Below are positions 39,807 through 50,763 of a DNA stretch of 64,000 nt, in pieces. A program made the translations under genes and the position numbers. The DNA comes from a virus: the IMG/VR virus record IMGVR_UViG_3300020473_002200, positions 1 through 64,000 of that record; one strand, 5' to 3'. The notes beneath the pieces were generated by a model. That model was not told where the DNA came from. It ran no database searches and saw only the letters and a program-made list of their open reading frames with translations. Position 1 is the stretch's first letter. The number at the start of each line of letters is the position of its first letter.

Positions 39807-39807
39807 A

Positions 39808-42501
39808 GTGACTTTACCCTTTTTTAAAAAAGTATACCAGCTCAAGAATAGAATAGCAAGAGATCTTCCTGATATTCCTCAGTTGGTCAATTCTGAAATG
39901 CTGGTTATAAAAAAAGATTTTTATCGTGTAATCACAAGGCAATTGAACCGAAAAACTAGTCAGATTGATACCGATATAAGACTTACAATGTATTATAACA
40001 TATTCGCGTTAGCATTCGGCTATGATACACTAGAAATATATTTTGAGGAAAAAGGGAAAAAGAAGCACGTTAAATACATAAATCTTTATGAAAAAATGTC
40101 TACTAGAGAGCAAGCAGTAATTGATTACATTTCAGGTATTCTGAAGTATATGCAAGAGTTAGATAACTTGATCGGTAATAAGAGAACGAAGTATAGAGAC
40201 AGTGCTGAAGAAAGATTATCATATACTGATTTATTCACTATTGATGATAAGATGACCAAGTTTACAGGATTAAAGGTTCAAACAATTCCAGAAAAGTTTC
40301 CTGAAATTAAAGTCGTCGATGAAATAGCTTATATGTATAATAATTCATATTTTGAAAATGCGAATAAAGCTGGTCTAGAATCTCCGCCTTTAAAGGTTCC
40401 ATTCACTAACGAATTTAGAGAAATTTCTCAAATCGTCAATAATAATACGTCTATTGACGCAAATGCTTTTAAAGAAAGCTGCCATCAATTAATAACTAGA
40501 GGAATAGACCCTCTCCAGGTCTTTATAAAGGCTAATTTTATAAAGGCCGCTGAAAGCCGAACTCCAATTAACGATATAACTTATGAGGAAAAATTAACGT
40601 TAGCTAATTTTTTTAATGTTTTAGGTTTAAGACCTCCCTCACTAATTCGTAATGACGGTACAACAAGATCTATTAATAGTGATATAAAGCTAGTTAATGG
40701 CTTGTCAAATTTAAAGAAAATAAGCACCGTTTTGTTTTTTGAAGGATTTGATCAAGAGACCCTTAAATCAATGCGGATAAGCTTAACCAAGAGGAACGTA
40801 GTAAAAAAAGATGTAATACAAATTATAGACCCTTCTAATGAGTTCTTGGCGCAAAACTCAATTTGTGATTTAGAAAGAACAGGTGATCTTGGGAGTTTTC
40901 CAGTAAATTTTTCTAGAAGCAAGATGAATCCGGATGATGAATCATCTCTTATAAAGGATATTGCAATAGAGAGAGATCAAAAGCTTGACGAAGAAATAGG
41001 CATTTTCACAGAAAATAGAATTGTTAGCAGAGATCTTCATTTAAACGGAGGCTTTGCTTGTACTGATTTAAAGAAATCGCAACAGTTAATATCGACAGTT
41101 GATATGGCGGTTATAGGTGATAGCCTGCTAAAAAGAGACGTAATTTTTAATTACAGGACAGGCGAGTTTTTGGTAAACTCCACAATCACACCAAACAAAA
41201 TATTAGGACACTATAATAAATCGAAAATTGAGCAACTGGTCGCTAATATTACGTTACACGCTGCAACAATACCCCGAGGTTCTGGAAATTATAGGGGATT
41301 CCCAAAAAACGTGATAAGAATTATAGGGAAATCTCCAGAGTTATTGATTTCGAGAATAGTCTGTGAGCCCTTCGGTTCTGGTACACCATTTTTGATCCCT
41401 GTATTCGATCGCGATATGAAAGAATTTCAACACATAGATCCTATTGGGGGTGTAAAGTACAAATATAGGATATATTTTGCGGGTTTGGATGGAACACTCA
41501 GCGTAAATAGCGTAGATATTGCACATAGAACATACCCTAGGGCTTTAAGCGATATTGAGCTTAAGCTAACACAAAAGACAAAAGATTTTATAAGAGTTGA
41601 TGTGCTAGAGGACTCTGCTCTAAATATCGCAAAAAATATAGAGGACTCTTTACAGAAAATATTCGCAGATTCGCCTTCAGCGGCTACATTTTATAATGAT
41701 TTTTTTAAAGAAAAGGTAAATGAAAATCTGCAAAATATTGGAAAGTTATTTCAATTATATGTTCAAGTTTATGATAAGACATCATCAAGTACTTCTACCA
41801 GTATTATGGAGCCCCTAAAGGATACATCTGGAATAGACTATTTTCGTATACCAACCTCGGGTAACGAAAGAAATAATATTATTACATATCATTTGATAAT
41901 TACGAACCCATTAGAATTAGTATCCTCAGGCTTTGAGTCCATCGAAGATCCAGCAACTAGGGAAAAATTCACAAGAAGAACAGCTGCTTTTTTTAATACA
42001 TTTACCCTAGCTCAAGGAACGATACCAGCTGAGGTTATAAATAAAAAAACTGGTGCTAAATTTTACACAAGTAATCCTAGAGTTGGTCCTTTAGACCCTT
42101 TTGGTAAGATAACATGCATTGGCGGTATGTTGGATTCAAATCTGGAACCCGAGCCTGTATATCATAATATTTGGGCTCTAACCAGTATATATAATCCGGA
42201 TGATGGTGAATGCACTGTAGAATGGAGATGTATACAAGCAGCGAATCACCCAAGCGTCCGAAATGTCCATATAGACTTTTTTGTAGTAACCGCAGAAATT
42301 AATGGTGTGGAGTTCCCTGTTAGCGCATGTCCTTTTGTGGGTTTTACATTTTATAAAATAAGGACTGATTCATTTCTAGGCGCAGCCTTTCAAGTTAAAT
42401 TTCGTGTATACTCTGTATATAATGATTTTCATATACAGGCAAATCGATCAGTGGCAACTACCAGCATAGTAGATATTAGAAAAACGACGCAGGAGTTATA
42501 A
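39808..42501 (+). CDS. Large hypothetical protein, probably virion-associated, with an FN3-like segment
   Basis: 897-aa ORF with a GTG start. FQHIDPIGGVKYKYRIYF and VEWRC...DFFVVTAE resemble beta-sandwich (FN3-like) strands. Confidence 0.5.
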   Translation: MTLPFFKKVYQLKNRIARDLPDIPQLVNSEMLVIKKDFYRVITRQLNRKTSQIDTDIRLTMYYNIFALAFGYDTLEIYFEEKGKKKHVKYINLYEKMSTREQAVIDYISGILKYMQELDNLIGNKRTKYRDSAEERLSYTDLFTIDDKMTKFTGLKVQTIPEKFPEIKVVDEIAYMYNNSYFENANKAGLESPPLKVPFTNEFREISQIVNNNTSIDANAFKESCHQLITRGIDPLQVFIKANFIKAAESRTPINDITYEEKLTLANFFNVLGLRPPSLIRNDGTTRSINSDIKLVNGLSNLKKISTVLFFEGFDQETLKSMRISLTKRNVVKKDVIQIIDPSNEFLAQNSICDLERTGDLGSFPVNFSRSKMNPDDESSLIKDIAIERDQKLDEEIGIFTENRIVSRDLHLNGGFACTDLKKSQQLISTVDMAVIGDSLLKRDVIFNYRTGEFLVNSTITPNKILGHYNKSKIEQLVANITLHAATIPRGSGNYRGFPKNVIRIIGKSPELLISRIVCEPFGSGTPFLIPVFDRDMKEFQHIDPIGGVKYKYRIYFAGLDGTLSVNSVDIAHRTYPRALSDIELKLTQKTKDFIRVDVLEDSALNIAKNIEDSLQKIFADSPSAATFYNDFFKEKVNENLQNIGKLFQLYVQVYDKTSSSTSTSIMEPLKDTSGIDYFRIPTSGNERNNIITYHLIITNPLELVSSGFESIEDPATREKFTRRTAAFFNTFTLAQGTIPAEVINKKTGAKFYTSNPRVGPLDPFGKITCIGGMLDSNLEPEPVYHNIWALTSIYNPDDGECTVEWRCIQAANHPSVRNVHIDFFVVTAEINGVEFPVSACPFVGFTFYKIRTDSFLGAAFQVKFRVYSVYNDFHIQANRSVATTSIVDIRKTTQEL

Positions 42502-45500
42502 GTGGCAGGAAATAAAAGAATAGGATCTTTGGTGAATGCCCATGCTAGCATTGTCAGTAACGCTAATGCGGATTCTAAAAATAGTTCAAAAGTCCATAAA
42601 GGATTAAAAAAGAAGAAGGCGATGCCAGATGTTAGCATCCCACTCGTTTTCACGTTACCCGATCCAATTATTGTAGAAGTACCATTTAGCGGAGGTGTGA
42701 TCAGCGAAGCTGGAACACGCTCAAATTTCTTATCTAGCCCATCGCAAGATGTGATAGCAGGTGTGTCTGCACATTTCAATTATAACGATAGAGATATTTT
42801 AGAATTCTTAAAGACTAATGAAGGAAAAATATTCCTCCATACCCAAAATACTCGAAGACCCGTTCATATATTGGCTGATTTTGATTATGCGACCCTGAAC
42901 AAGGTTTTAAACCCTCGTGAACCAGATCACAGTGATTCCGGCGCTGCAAGGATGTGGTCAAGAAATGCTAACGCTCGAGCGTGGAGAGATTGGGTATCTA
43001 GTTGTTTAATACTTGAGATGGGATTGGGTCCTGAAAGCGGTTCTGATGAAGGGTTTAGAATAAGAACCATAGCCGAAGACCAAATGACTGTAAGGATGGA
43101 CGGCCAATTTGTCCCATGGACAGGAGTAATAGGGTCAACCCATGGCCTCTTTGGAAATAAAGCCACCAAGCATATATTACATAATCTAATAGACGGTTAT
43201 ACGATGGTTTATTATTTAGAGGATTTTATAAACCAAGTGTTTAGTATGAACCCGTATATAGAGCCCAATATGGCTAGGGGTTATAATTTGATGATGTGGA
43301 TGATGCATTATTTCGATTTAACTTCACTCGGTAGTGTTAACACAACGATGGTCAATACGATCAAAAAAATAGCTAAAAGATTCCACCAAGTTATTGATCC
43401 TGATCATGATGGACAAAACAGGCTACGACATGGTTTTTCTTATTTACCCACCACAAGAAGGGATCCATTATTATTTAGATTACACCACCCAAATGATCAA
43501 CAGGGGTTTATTAAATCTGTTATAGAGTCGACCAGGTTAATAGCTCACTACCTAAATACATCTGAATTTTGCTATAGGAATGCAGACTCGAATGCATCAT
43601 TGGAAGGTGAAAATAACCCAGAGTGGATTGAAGATCAAGATTTTAATCGATATTTCGGTGAAATACGTACGTGGAACACTCTTCATTCCACCGGTGTTAG
43701 AGGCATAGACTACGATATCAGCGGTGACATATACAGAAAGTCGTTTAGGGTTAGAAAGAGGTTACTAGATTCTGTTTATTTGTCCAAGCAAACGAACAAC
43801 AGGGTCTATATTAAGGGGATTAGCTCTATAAATAAAAGTCAATCAAGCGTAATAGACGTCGAGGGTGATTTTGGGTCTCAAGATGATATAGAAAAACTCC
43901 TTGCAAGAGTTCATCGTTTAGATAGCGAGAACATTATCACTATAGCGCCTTATCTCCTTGGCGATTATGTTTCTAGAACTGATGATGGAGAAATCAATCA
44001 TTTTCTGACAATGTCAGATATTTTTACGTTAAAAAAGAAGACTACACTTGATCTTTTTAAGGCGAAAAGAAAGAAAAAAGAAACAGAGTACAATCAATTA
44101 GTGAAAAGTCTTGAGAGATTTACATTTAACCATGGTCCACAACAGCTAAGAGGACTAATGGGAACGCTAAGGAAACAATTTTGTCCAATTACAAAAAATA
44201 GCTCTATAGATGAAAAGCGAGGCTTGTTATTAATAGATCAAAGAAACATCGTCGCTCATCTCACCCGTGGGAAAGCTGCTCAAGCAATAATGTCTGCTGC
44301 GCTAGAAAAGGTTTATAGAACCGCAACAAATTCAGGTCATTCTGAGCCATTTTATAAGATGAAGATCTTAAATAAAAAAGTCACGTCTGAACCGAACACG
44401 CGCCAGCGCGCCGCCTGGGATATCTATGATAACGCTGTGGATGAATCCCAGGCGGGAATAATGATATCTAATGTAAATACAGATAGATCAACTAACATAA
44501 TATCTCGTAGAAATGAGAGAAACGAAACAGCGGTTGTTTCAGGTTTTCTAGATGAGAAAAAAGAGATTTCGGATGATTTAATACATTTATTAAACGCAGC
44601 ATTTACTAAGTCGCTAGACAGTCCATCAAAAAGAGAATTTATGTTTTGGTGTATATTACTTCAGCTTTCTGACGTTTCTTTAGTGGACGAAAACAAGACT
44701 CCATTCTTTATGCAACAACGTGTTGTTGCCAGTGAAGAAATGCAAAAAAAGAAACTGCCCGGTATTGCTGACGTGTTGTTTAATGAATATATAAATAGAT
44801 TAAATGATCATAGTTTTTTTATGGCAGCGCCAGGAAATAAAGTTTCTAACTTTTTTGAGAGGGCAAAAGAGGATCGCCCTGTAGCATTTTCAGTTGCTCC
44901 TTTGTCTAGTAAGGTGATTGTCACAAACTATTTGATCAAAAAAATAAAATCTAAAACCCTGGATACAAGAGCTGGAGGTCCGATAAAAAATGCATTTGAT
45001 GACATAGCTAGCCTACAAGATAAAATTAACAGACTTCCTAATATGATGGATAATGCATATGAAAACTATCGCTCTGTTATATTTGATTTACTTGATAGAG
45101 TAAGTAGGACTGTGCCGGCTGACGGTAACGAGTACGCTCAATCAGCGGCTGAATTTTTTGCAAATCAACCACCGGGTAGATCTGATAGCTGGTCAGCTGT
45201 AATACAAGATTTTGTACATCCCGGCGGCGCTCATCAAGCAACACTTGAAGACGGTGCAGGTGCTTTTACGAATAGGGGCGCAACAGCTTTACAAACCAGT
45301 ATACGTCTTGATGGCGATAGAAATACATATTATTGGGATACTCTAATCAATGGTCAAATAACCGGCATTCGCGGTAGGACTGCCGGCGGCGCCCGCGGAG
45401 CGTCGGGATTTGCGTCAGCTAAAATAAGAGATGGTGAAAGGCTCCACGAGAATTTTAAAAATTCTGCGTTAGAAGGGATAGCAGATCATATATTAAATTT

Positions 45501-48500
45501 TGATAGAAATACAAACATATTAATAATGCTTTCTGAAAATATTTGCGCCCAACTATTCTTTGGGTTCCCTGCAGAAGACTCTGGTTTAATGTTCGATCAA
45601 CAATACTTATCATCTTTTGAGAGAAACGAAGAGGGCATACTCAGATACTTGAATTTAATAGATGATTCAGGAACCATTAGAATGACCCAAGCAGAATTAT
45701 TCGATGTTGTTTGGGAATACTGCGTAATTGCTGATCAGCTTACCCAACAATTGCCAACAGTAAATCTAGAGTTTCAGTTTGATAGATCTACGTTCAGAGA
45801 TCATATAGGGATGGCCCCAGAAATAGACGAAGAATATCATGACTTTGATTCCGTATATTCTCTTCAGCGAAGCACTAGTGAGTATAACGCTTTACTAAGA
45901 TCTTCGCAGCAGGCTAGAAATAGATTAAATACTTATTTGCCACCAGCAATGTTCGAAGGTAGAGACGCAACATCTTCTGCTGCTGGATCAAAGAGCGGTA
46001 GCCACGAAGTTGCGCGTCAGCAAATAACGTTTGGTGGAACAACAGAGGCCGAAGCACTACAAAGAAAGCAGACTCTTGTAAATGATGTATTTGATCTTGC
46101 TGCACGAGCTGCTATATTTTTCCATTATGCTGAAAAAGAAATAGCCAAAGAACCAGAGTTCAGCTTAATTTTAAAAAAGGAAAATAACGATAGTACGAAT
46201 GTATATACACAGTTGTCGGCAAATCTAAGATTAGGATTTTTAGATCATATTACTATTGATAGCGATTTTTCACGACATGCAATGAAATTTATGAAAGATG
46301 CTAATCCGAATAGTCATACTAGGAATGATCCTCGTCGAGCTCCTTATCTTCTTGCACCAGCTACAATAGATAAGTACGTAGGCTTAAAAACCTCTCAATT
46401 TAAATTTGACTTGACCGATAACCTTATGGGTCGTATAGGTGATGAGAACTTTAATTTCTCTGTTATTTCTGCTGAAAATGAGCCTGACGAAAATTTAGTG
46501 CCTTTTTCAAGCCGCGCTAGAGTTGTTTATCACCCCGACTATAAAGTAGATGAAGTGGCTATTCATGAAAGTCAGTGGGGCATAGATGAAGTAGAGCTTT
46601 TTACAAGTTTAGAAATTAACCCAAGATCATGCTTTGGGTTTGTATATAATCTAGGTGTAAATCAAGCAAATAATACTGCTGTAGATAGTCAACATTTTAA
46701 TTCCAACTTTGCGATTAATAACGCTGGCATATTGGAAAATGAACAACGTCGTGGCGATAATCTCCTTAATCGATTTGAGGGTCAAGGAGCTAGATTTTCA
46801 AACCAAGCGAATCCTATAGCTGCTGATGCAACAATGACATCTGGGTTTGGTTTTGATTATTTAAATGAATATTATTCTAAGCGCCTAGGTCTCACACCGC
46901 CAGCTATTTACACAAAGCTGTTGCAAAAAATTAAAGATCTACCAAACGCAATAGAGGAGATTAAGGGGACTACGTCAGTCACAGAATATAATAGGGTTGT
47001 TCATCAAACTCATGTTAATACTGCTGAGTTTAAAATACGCCAGCTTGAAGAGCCGGTAGAAAAAACAAGAACAAAAATTGTCGTAGAGTTTGCTGTTAAA
47101 AAACAGACTTATCAATTTGTGAAGGCTTTTCAAGTTGAGCCAAACGTTCCGTTAAGGGTGGGTGAACCATGGGACGGCCAAATTTATGGCTCCATTACAG
47201 CTGTTAGGCCCTATAACGCCCAATATGGAAGCTGGAGGTCACCTAGGCAATTATTTGCTCAATTAGCTGATACAGCTGCTACATTTCTTGACGCCGGTGA
47301 CGTCCTCACCTTTAACGAAATGTACACTTATCCTGAAGAGACAAGGCTCGGTATTGTTATACGACAAGGTGCCCCAGCCTCAGTCGACTTAAACTCTCTT
47401 GGGAACTATGTGAGAGGCCGAACTTATGGACCGATTCCTGTTGAGGGACATCCCTATGAAGACATATACGGTAAACATAATTTTTATTGGCATATGAAAA
47501 TGTTGTGTGCCACTTTAGGTAATAGTAGCGTTTTCGGGACAGATTCAAGCCACGATCCGTGGATAACCGATGATCACACCAATTCAACGACAAGGGCCAG
47601 CACCACCTTACAACACACTCAGATTGTAGATAATGGTTTACGACCGGGTGTAGAATATGATACTCTAGTTGCGAGGGCTAGGCGCTATTCAGCTGTTGAT
47701 GGAGAAGTAACTCTAGGTTCCACCTTGTGGAAATTTATGACTAATGGGACGCATGCGAAAAAATACCTGGGTCGAGCCAGCTCTATAAATCCCGAGGGCT
47801 ATGATGGTAATTTTTGGCAAGATTATTGGAGATGGGTTAGTACCGCACCGACGCCGTTAATCCTTCGCGCAACTACAAGAACTTACCCTGACGACGTTCA
47901 TCCAGTTGCTTACTATCCCTCAGAAACTCCAACTGAGGCCGCTCAAACGATCTTTAGCACCCGTCTTCATGGCGAGCCTTATTTTTTCAAGGATAATGTA
48001 AAAAATAAGTGGTCATCGCTTTGGGAAGGTTCTCAAAATTTTCACTTTCATTATCCAGAATTTCATACTACAAATAAGATACTCGGCACTATAGGTCAAG
48101 CAGCAGATCCAAAGATCAGAGTAGAGTTTTATTTGGCTAAAAACGGAAACGGGGAATGGTCACATTTCTCTACAACACCAATTTATAATGATGAAACAAA
48201 CCACCCAACTGCACGTCCTATTTCTAGATTAAGGGAGGGAGGTCATGATGCGTACCAGGCGATTTGCCTTCGACCCGACATAGTAGCCAAATTATTTTAT
48301 AGATTTGTTGGTGGCTTTGATCCACGATATTATGGCCCATACGTACCAGGCCAGGGCTTGGTGGGCGATCAATTAATAGATGGATATAACGTAAATGATA
48401 CGTTACCCTTTATCGAGATGGTTCCTTGGGGATCTTATCTCCAAGATGCCCTTACCCGCAACAATCTAAATGTTGGCCGACAAGATTTTATTTCTAAAGA

Positions 48501-50760
48501 TAATCCTTATGAAAGAGAGATCACAACAGAGGAAATGCTGGGGATTACTACTCGTGATTTGGATCAACATTTTAGAGCTAAGTCTGAAAAAGTAACAGAA
48601 GCCACTCGGCCTTACGCAATACAGTACCTTGATAGCGTCCGCTGGGCCATAGAAACGTATATTAGCGAAAATGTTGAATTAAGTGCAGACAAACAAAAAT
48701 GGTTAAGAAAAGTTATTGGCTATATGCCTTATTTTTATGAGTGGTCTATTGAGTACCCTTCTCTAGATCTTAAAATATACGTTGAGTCTGAAAAGATTGT
48801 AATTCCACCAGATGTGTATATAGATTTCAATTGGGATCTACTAAAAGCAAGAACAAATAGCTTTGCTGGACAACGTGCGTATGGTAGCGCGACCCGAAGT
48901 TACGAAGCACAGTACAGGGATGAAACAATAAGCAGGGTCTATAAATTAGAAAAAGAGTATCTTCAATTTCTTTATTCAATGTACGACTATGCAGATCTTA
49001 CATCTAGTACTTTTACGGCTGGTATGACATTATATGAAGACGTTGTCAACAGATTTTCCGCTGTTCCCAATGAGGCCGATGGTAATCACAAAAACGCAAT
49101 AATCAGATCTGATAATAAGTATATTTTAGATGAAATAGGTAAGTTTGTAGAGGGTAATGGTATAGTTGATGTAACACCAGATGTTATAGCTAACCTAGAC
49201 TCTATATATCGACTATATTTAGAACAATATGAATCTAGTTATGCTAGTGATCCGGAACGTCATAAGGCTCGTGGATTAAAGATATTGCCGCTGGTCTCAA
49301 CCCATACTCCATTTAAGATATCACCTTATGATATAAGAACCCCAACACAATTACGAAATCGTAATTCAAATAGCGATAACGATTCAATTGCCAATGAACT
49401 AACTAAGTGGAAGTACTATGAAGATAATCTGGTGATACCAAGGGGCGGCCCAGCATTCGAAGATGCAAAAACGCGAGTATGCTTTATAGGTATAGAGGCT
49501 GGCGAGCTCCATAAGATTTTGCACTCACCATCTCAAAACTACGGCGGCAAAAATAGGACTGAAGGAACATTCCGCCAAGCAATATACGATCCAAACAATA
49601 ACACCGAGAGAAACTTGGCTCTTAGTAATAAGACCGAAAAATTTCAAGTTAAACTAGAGTTATTCGATTTCTTTCGACCGTGGTTAAGGTTTAAAAACAC
49701 AAATAAAATTATAGTGAGTAGAGCGAAACCGTATAGAGTGCTTAGGCCACTAGAGTTTTCAGTGGGCTCTACGGGCTCACGAGCTGGTAATCTTCACGAA
49801 GATCATCTATGCTCACCTATAATCGATAATCTTTTAAAAGAACAGTATTGGAGAGAACCTGTTGCGGAAGAGTTGACAGTTACTAGTAATCAAGGAAAAA
49901 AACTTAGCGGCGGCTCAACTCACCTAAGGGGTTATGATATAATAGATATATTCTTAAAGGCGTACGCGAGTAACGTCCTTGGTCTAGATTTCTTTTCATT
50001 TATGATCCCAAGCTTAGGGACGACACCCCCTATTGCTGATTATCAACCAGATTTATCGAACCAAGGACAATTACCAGAAGAAAGAAATTATCAAGAATAT
50101 CTAAACGAATATGCTGGTAAATTGATTACATTAATTCAAAACGCAGATGCTGGATCAGATTTTACTTCGATTAATCATTTATTGAAGTATTTTCTAGATA
50201 GAAAGAACCTTAGAGCCCAAACAGGGCAAGACATGATTCGACATTTTGATAATGTCGGTAGAGTAACGCTGATTCCTGGTGACGCTTTATCATTTGGATT
50301 ACTGGAGAAAAATGCTGTTGACACCAGTGATCCTGAGCACCCGAAGTTATATCCTTTTAGGTTTTCTAAGCCTATTACAAAAAAGAGCTTAGTCGCTTCT
50401 GAAATATTAACTGCCGTGAATGAATACACCATAAATCCAATGAAGGAATTTAGGGATGGGTTTGCATTTGATAGGGTGGTCGGGATACCTTACAAGTTAA
50501 GCGATTTCAAATTAACAGATACATGTAGAGATAATTTAAATGGAGAAGAAATAGATATTAGTCAACTAAAGGGTTCTGCTAAGAATCGCAAGGTTTATAA
50601 CGACGGTGATGCTGGCTGGAAACTAACAGAAGAATATTATAATGAATTATTAAAGAGCCTAACATATTTAGACAAGGATAAAAATGACGGAACTGTTTTA
50701 GATAATTCTCTTTATCCTTTGACTTTAAGGGCAACGATTTGCCGAATAGAAGAGGATTAA
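42502..50760 (+). CDS. Very large hypothetical protein (2752 aa), largely helical by composition; possible tape-measure or ejected internal protein
   Basis: An uninterrupted ORF inside the structural block. It lacks the S/T/G-rich repeats of its neighbours, and no recognisable catalytic motif was found. Confidence 0.5.
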   Translation: MAGNKRIGSLVNAHASIVSNANADSKNSSKVHKGLKKKKAMPDVSIPLVFTLPDPIIVEVPFSGGVISEAGTRSNFLSSPSQDVIAGVSAHFNYNDRDILEFLKTNEGKIFLHTQNTRRPVHILADFDYATLNKVLNPREPDHSDSGAARMWSRNANARAWRDWVSSCLILEMGLGPESGSDEGFRIRTIAEDQMTVRMDGQFVPWTGVIGSTHGLFGNKATKHILHNLIDGYTMVYYLEDFINQVFSMNPYIEPNMARGYNLMMWMMHYFDLTSLGSVNTTMVNTIKKIAKRFHQVIDPDHDGQNRLRHGFSYLPTTRRDPLLFRLHHPNDQQGFIKSVIESTRLIAHYLNTSEFCYRNADSNASLEGENNPEWIEDQDFNRYFGEIRTWNTLHSTGVRGIDYDISGDIYRKSFRVRKRLLDSVYLSKQTNNRVYIKGISSINKSQSSVIDVEGDFGSQDDIEKLLARVHRLDSENIITIAPYLLGDYVSRTDDGEINHFLTMSDIFTLKKKTTLDLFKAKRKKKETEYNQLVKSLERFTFNHGPQQLRGLMGTLRKQFCPITKNSSIDEKRGLLLIDQRNIVAHLTRGKAAQAIMSAALEKVYRTATNSGHSEPFYKMKILNKKVTSEPNTRQRAAWDIYDNAVDESQAGIMISNVNTDRSTNIISRRNERNETAVVSGFLDEKKEISDDLIHLLNAAFTKSLDSPSKREFMFWCILLQLSDVSLVDENKTPFFMQQRVVASEEMQKKKLPGIADVLFNEYINRLNDHSFFMAAPGNKVSNFFERAKEDRPVAFSVAPLSSKVIVTNYLIKKIKSKTLDTRAGGPIKNAFDDIASLQDKINRLPNMMDNAYENYRSVIFDLLDRVSRTVPADGNEYAQSAAEFFANQPPGRSDSWSAVIQDFVHPGGAHQATLEDGAGAFTNRGATALQTSIRLDGDRNTYYWDTLINGQITGIRGRTAGGARGASGFASAKIRDGERLHENFKNSALEGIADHILNFDRNTNILIMLSENICAQLFFGFPAEDSGLMFDQQYLSSFERNEEGILRYLNLIDDSGTIRMTQAELFDVVWEYCVIADQLTQQLPTVNLEFQFDRSTFRDHIGMAPEIDEEYHDFDSVYSLQRSTSEYNALLRSSQQARNRLNTYLPPAMFEGRDATSSAAGSKSGSHEVARQQITFGGTTEAEALQRKQTLVNDVFDLAARAAIFFHYAEKEIAKEPEFSLILKKENNDSTNVYTQLSANLRLGFLDHITIDSDFSRHAMKFMKDANPNSHTRNDPRRAPYLLAPATIDKYVGLKTSQFKFDLTDNLMGRIGDENFNFSVISAENEPDENLVPFSSRARVVYHPDYKVDEVAIHESQWGIDEVELFTSLEINPRSCFGFVYNLGVNQANNTAVDSQHFNSNFAINNAGILENEQRRGDNLLNRFEGQGARFSNQANPIAADATMTSGFGFDYLNEYYSKRLGLTPPAIYTKLLQKIKDLPNAIEEIKGTTSVTEYNRVVHQTHVNTAEFKIRQLEEPVEKTRTKIVVEFAVKKQTYQFVKAFQVEPNVPLRVGEPWDGQIYGSITAVRPYNAQYGSWRSPRQLFAQLADTAATFLDAGDVLTFNEMYTYPEETRLGIVIRQGAPASVDLNSLGNYVRGRTYGPIPVEGHPYEDIYGKHNFYWHMKMLCATLGNSSVFGTDSSHDPWITDDHTNSTTRASTTLQHTQIVDNGLRPGVEYDTLVARARRYSAVDGEVTLGSTLWKFMTNGTHAKKYLGRASSINPEGYDGNFWQDYWRWVSTAPTPLILRATTRTYPDDVHPVAYYPSETPTEAAQTIFSTRLHGEPYFFKDNVKNKWSSLWEGSQNFHFHYPEFHTTNKILGTIGQAADPKIRVEFYLAKNGNGEWSHFSTTPIYNDETNHPTARPISRLREGGHDAYQAICLRPDIVAKLFYRFVGGFDPRYYGPYVPGQGLVGDQLIDGYNVNDTLPFIEMVPWGSYLQDALTRNNLNVGRQDFISKDNPYEREITTEEMLGITTRDLDQHFRAKSEKVTEATRPYAIQYLDSVRWAIETYISENVELSADKQKWLRKVIGYMPYFYEWSIEYPSLDLKIYVESEKIVIPPDVYIDFNWDLLKARTNSFAGQRAYGSATRSYEAQYRDETISRVYKLEKEYLQFLYSMYDYADLTSSTFTAGMTLYEDVVNRFSAVPNEADGNHKNAIIRSDNKYILDEIGKFVEGNGIVDVTPDVIANLDSIYRLYLEQYESSYASDPERHKARGLKILPLVSTHTPFKISPYDIRTPTQLRNRNSNSDNDSIANELTKWKYYEDNLVIPRGGPAFEDAKTRVCFIGIEAGELHKILHSPSQNYGGKNRTEGTFRQAIYDPNNNTERNLALSNKTEKFQVKLELFDFFRPWLRFKNTNKIIVSRAKPYRVLRPLEFSVGSTGSRAGNLHEDHLCSPIIDNLLKEQYWREPVAEELTVTSNQGKKLSGGSTHLRGYDIIDIFLKAYASNVLGLDFFSFMIPSLGTTPPIADYQPDLSNQGQLPEERNYQEYLNEYAGKLITLIQNADAGSDFTSINHLLKYFLDRKNLRAQTGQDMIRHFDNVGRVTLIPGDALSFGLLEKNAVDTSDPEHPKLYPFRFSKPITKKSLVASEILTAVNEYTINPMKEFRDGFAFDRVVGIPYKLSDFKLTDTCRDNLNGEEIDISQLKGSAKNRKVYNDGDAGWKLTEEYYNELLKSLTYLDKDKNDGTVLDNSLYPLTLRATICRIEED

Positions 50761-50763
50761 ATA

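Noticed and set aside
43826-44797. T4 late-promoter consensus TATAAATA (near 43827 and at 44790)
   Set aside because: Both lie deep inside a coding region, far from any gene start, in an AT-rich genome.
42502-50760. Virion RNA polymerase (N4/crAss-like) as the identity of the 2752-aa protein
   Set aside because: No DxDGD/NADFDGD or T7-type polymerase motif was found; DHDGQ and LDGDR are not in a convincing context.
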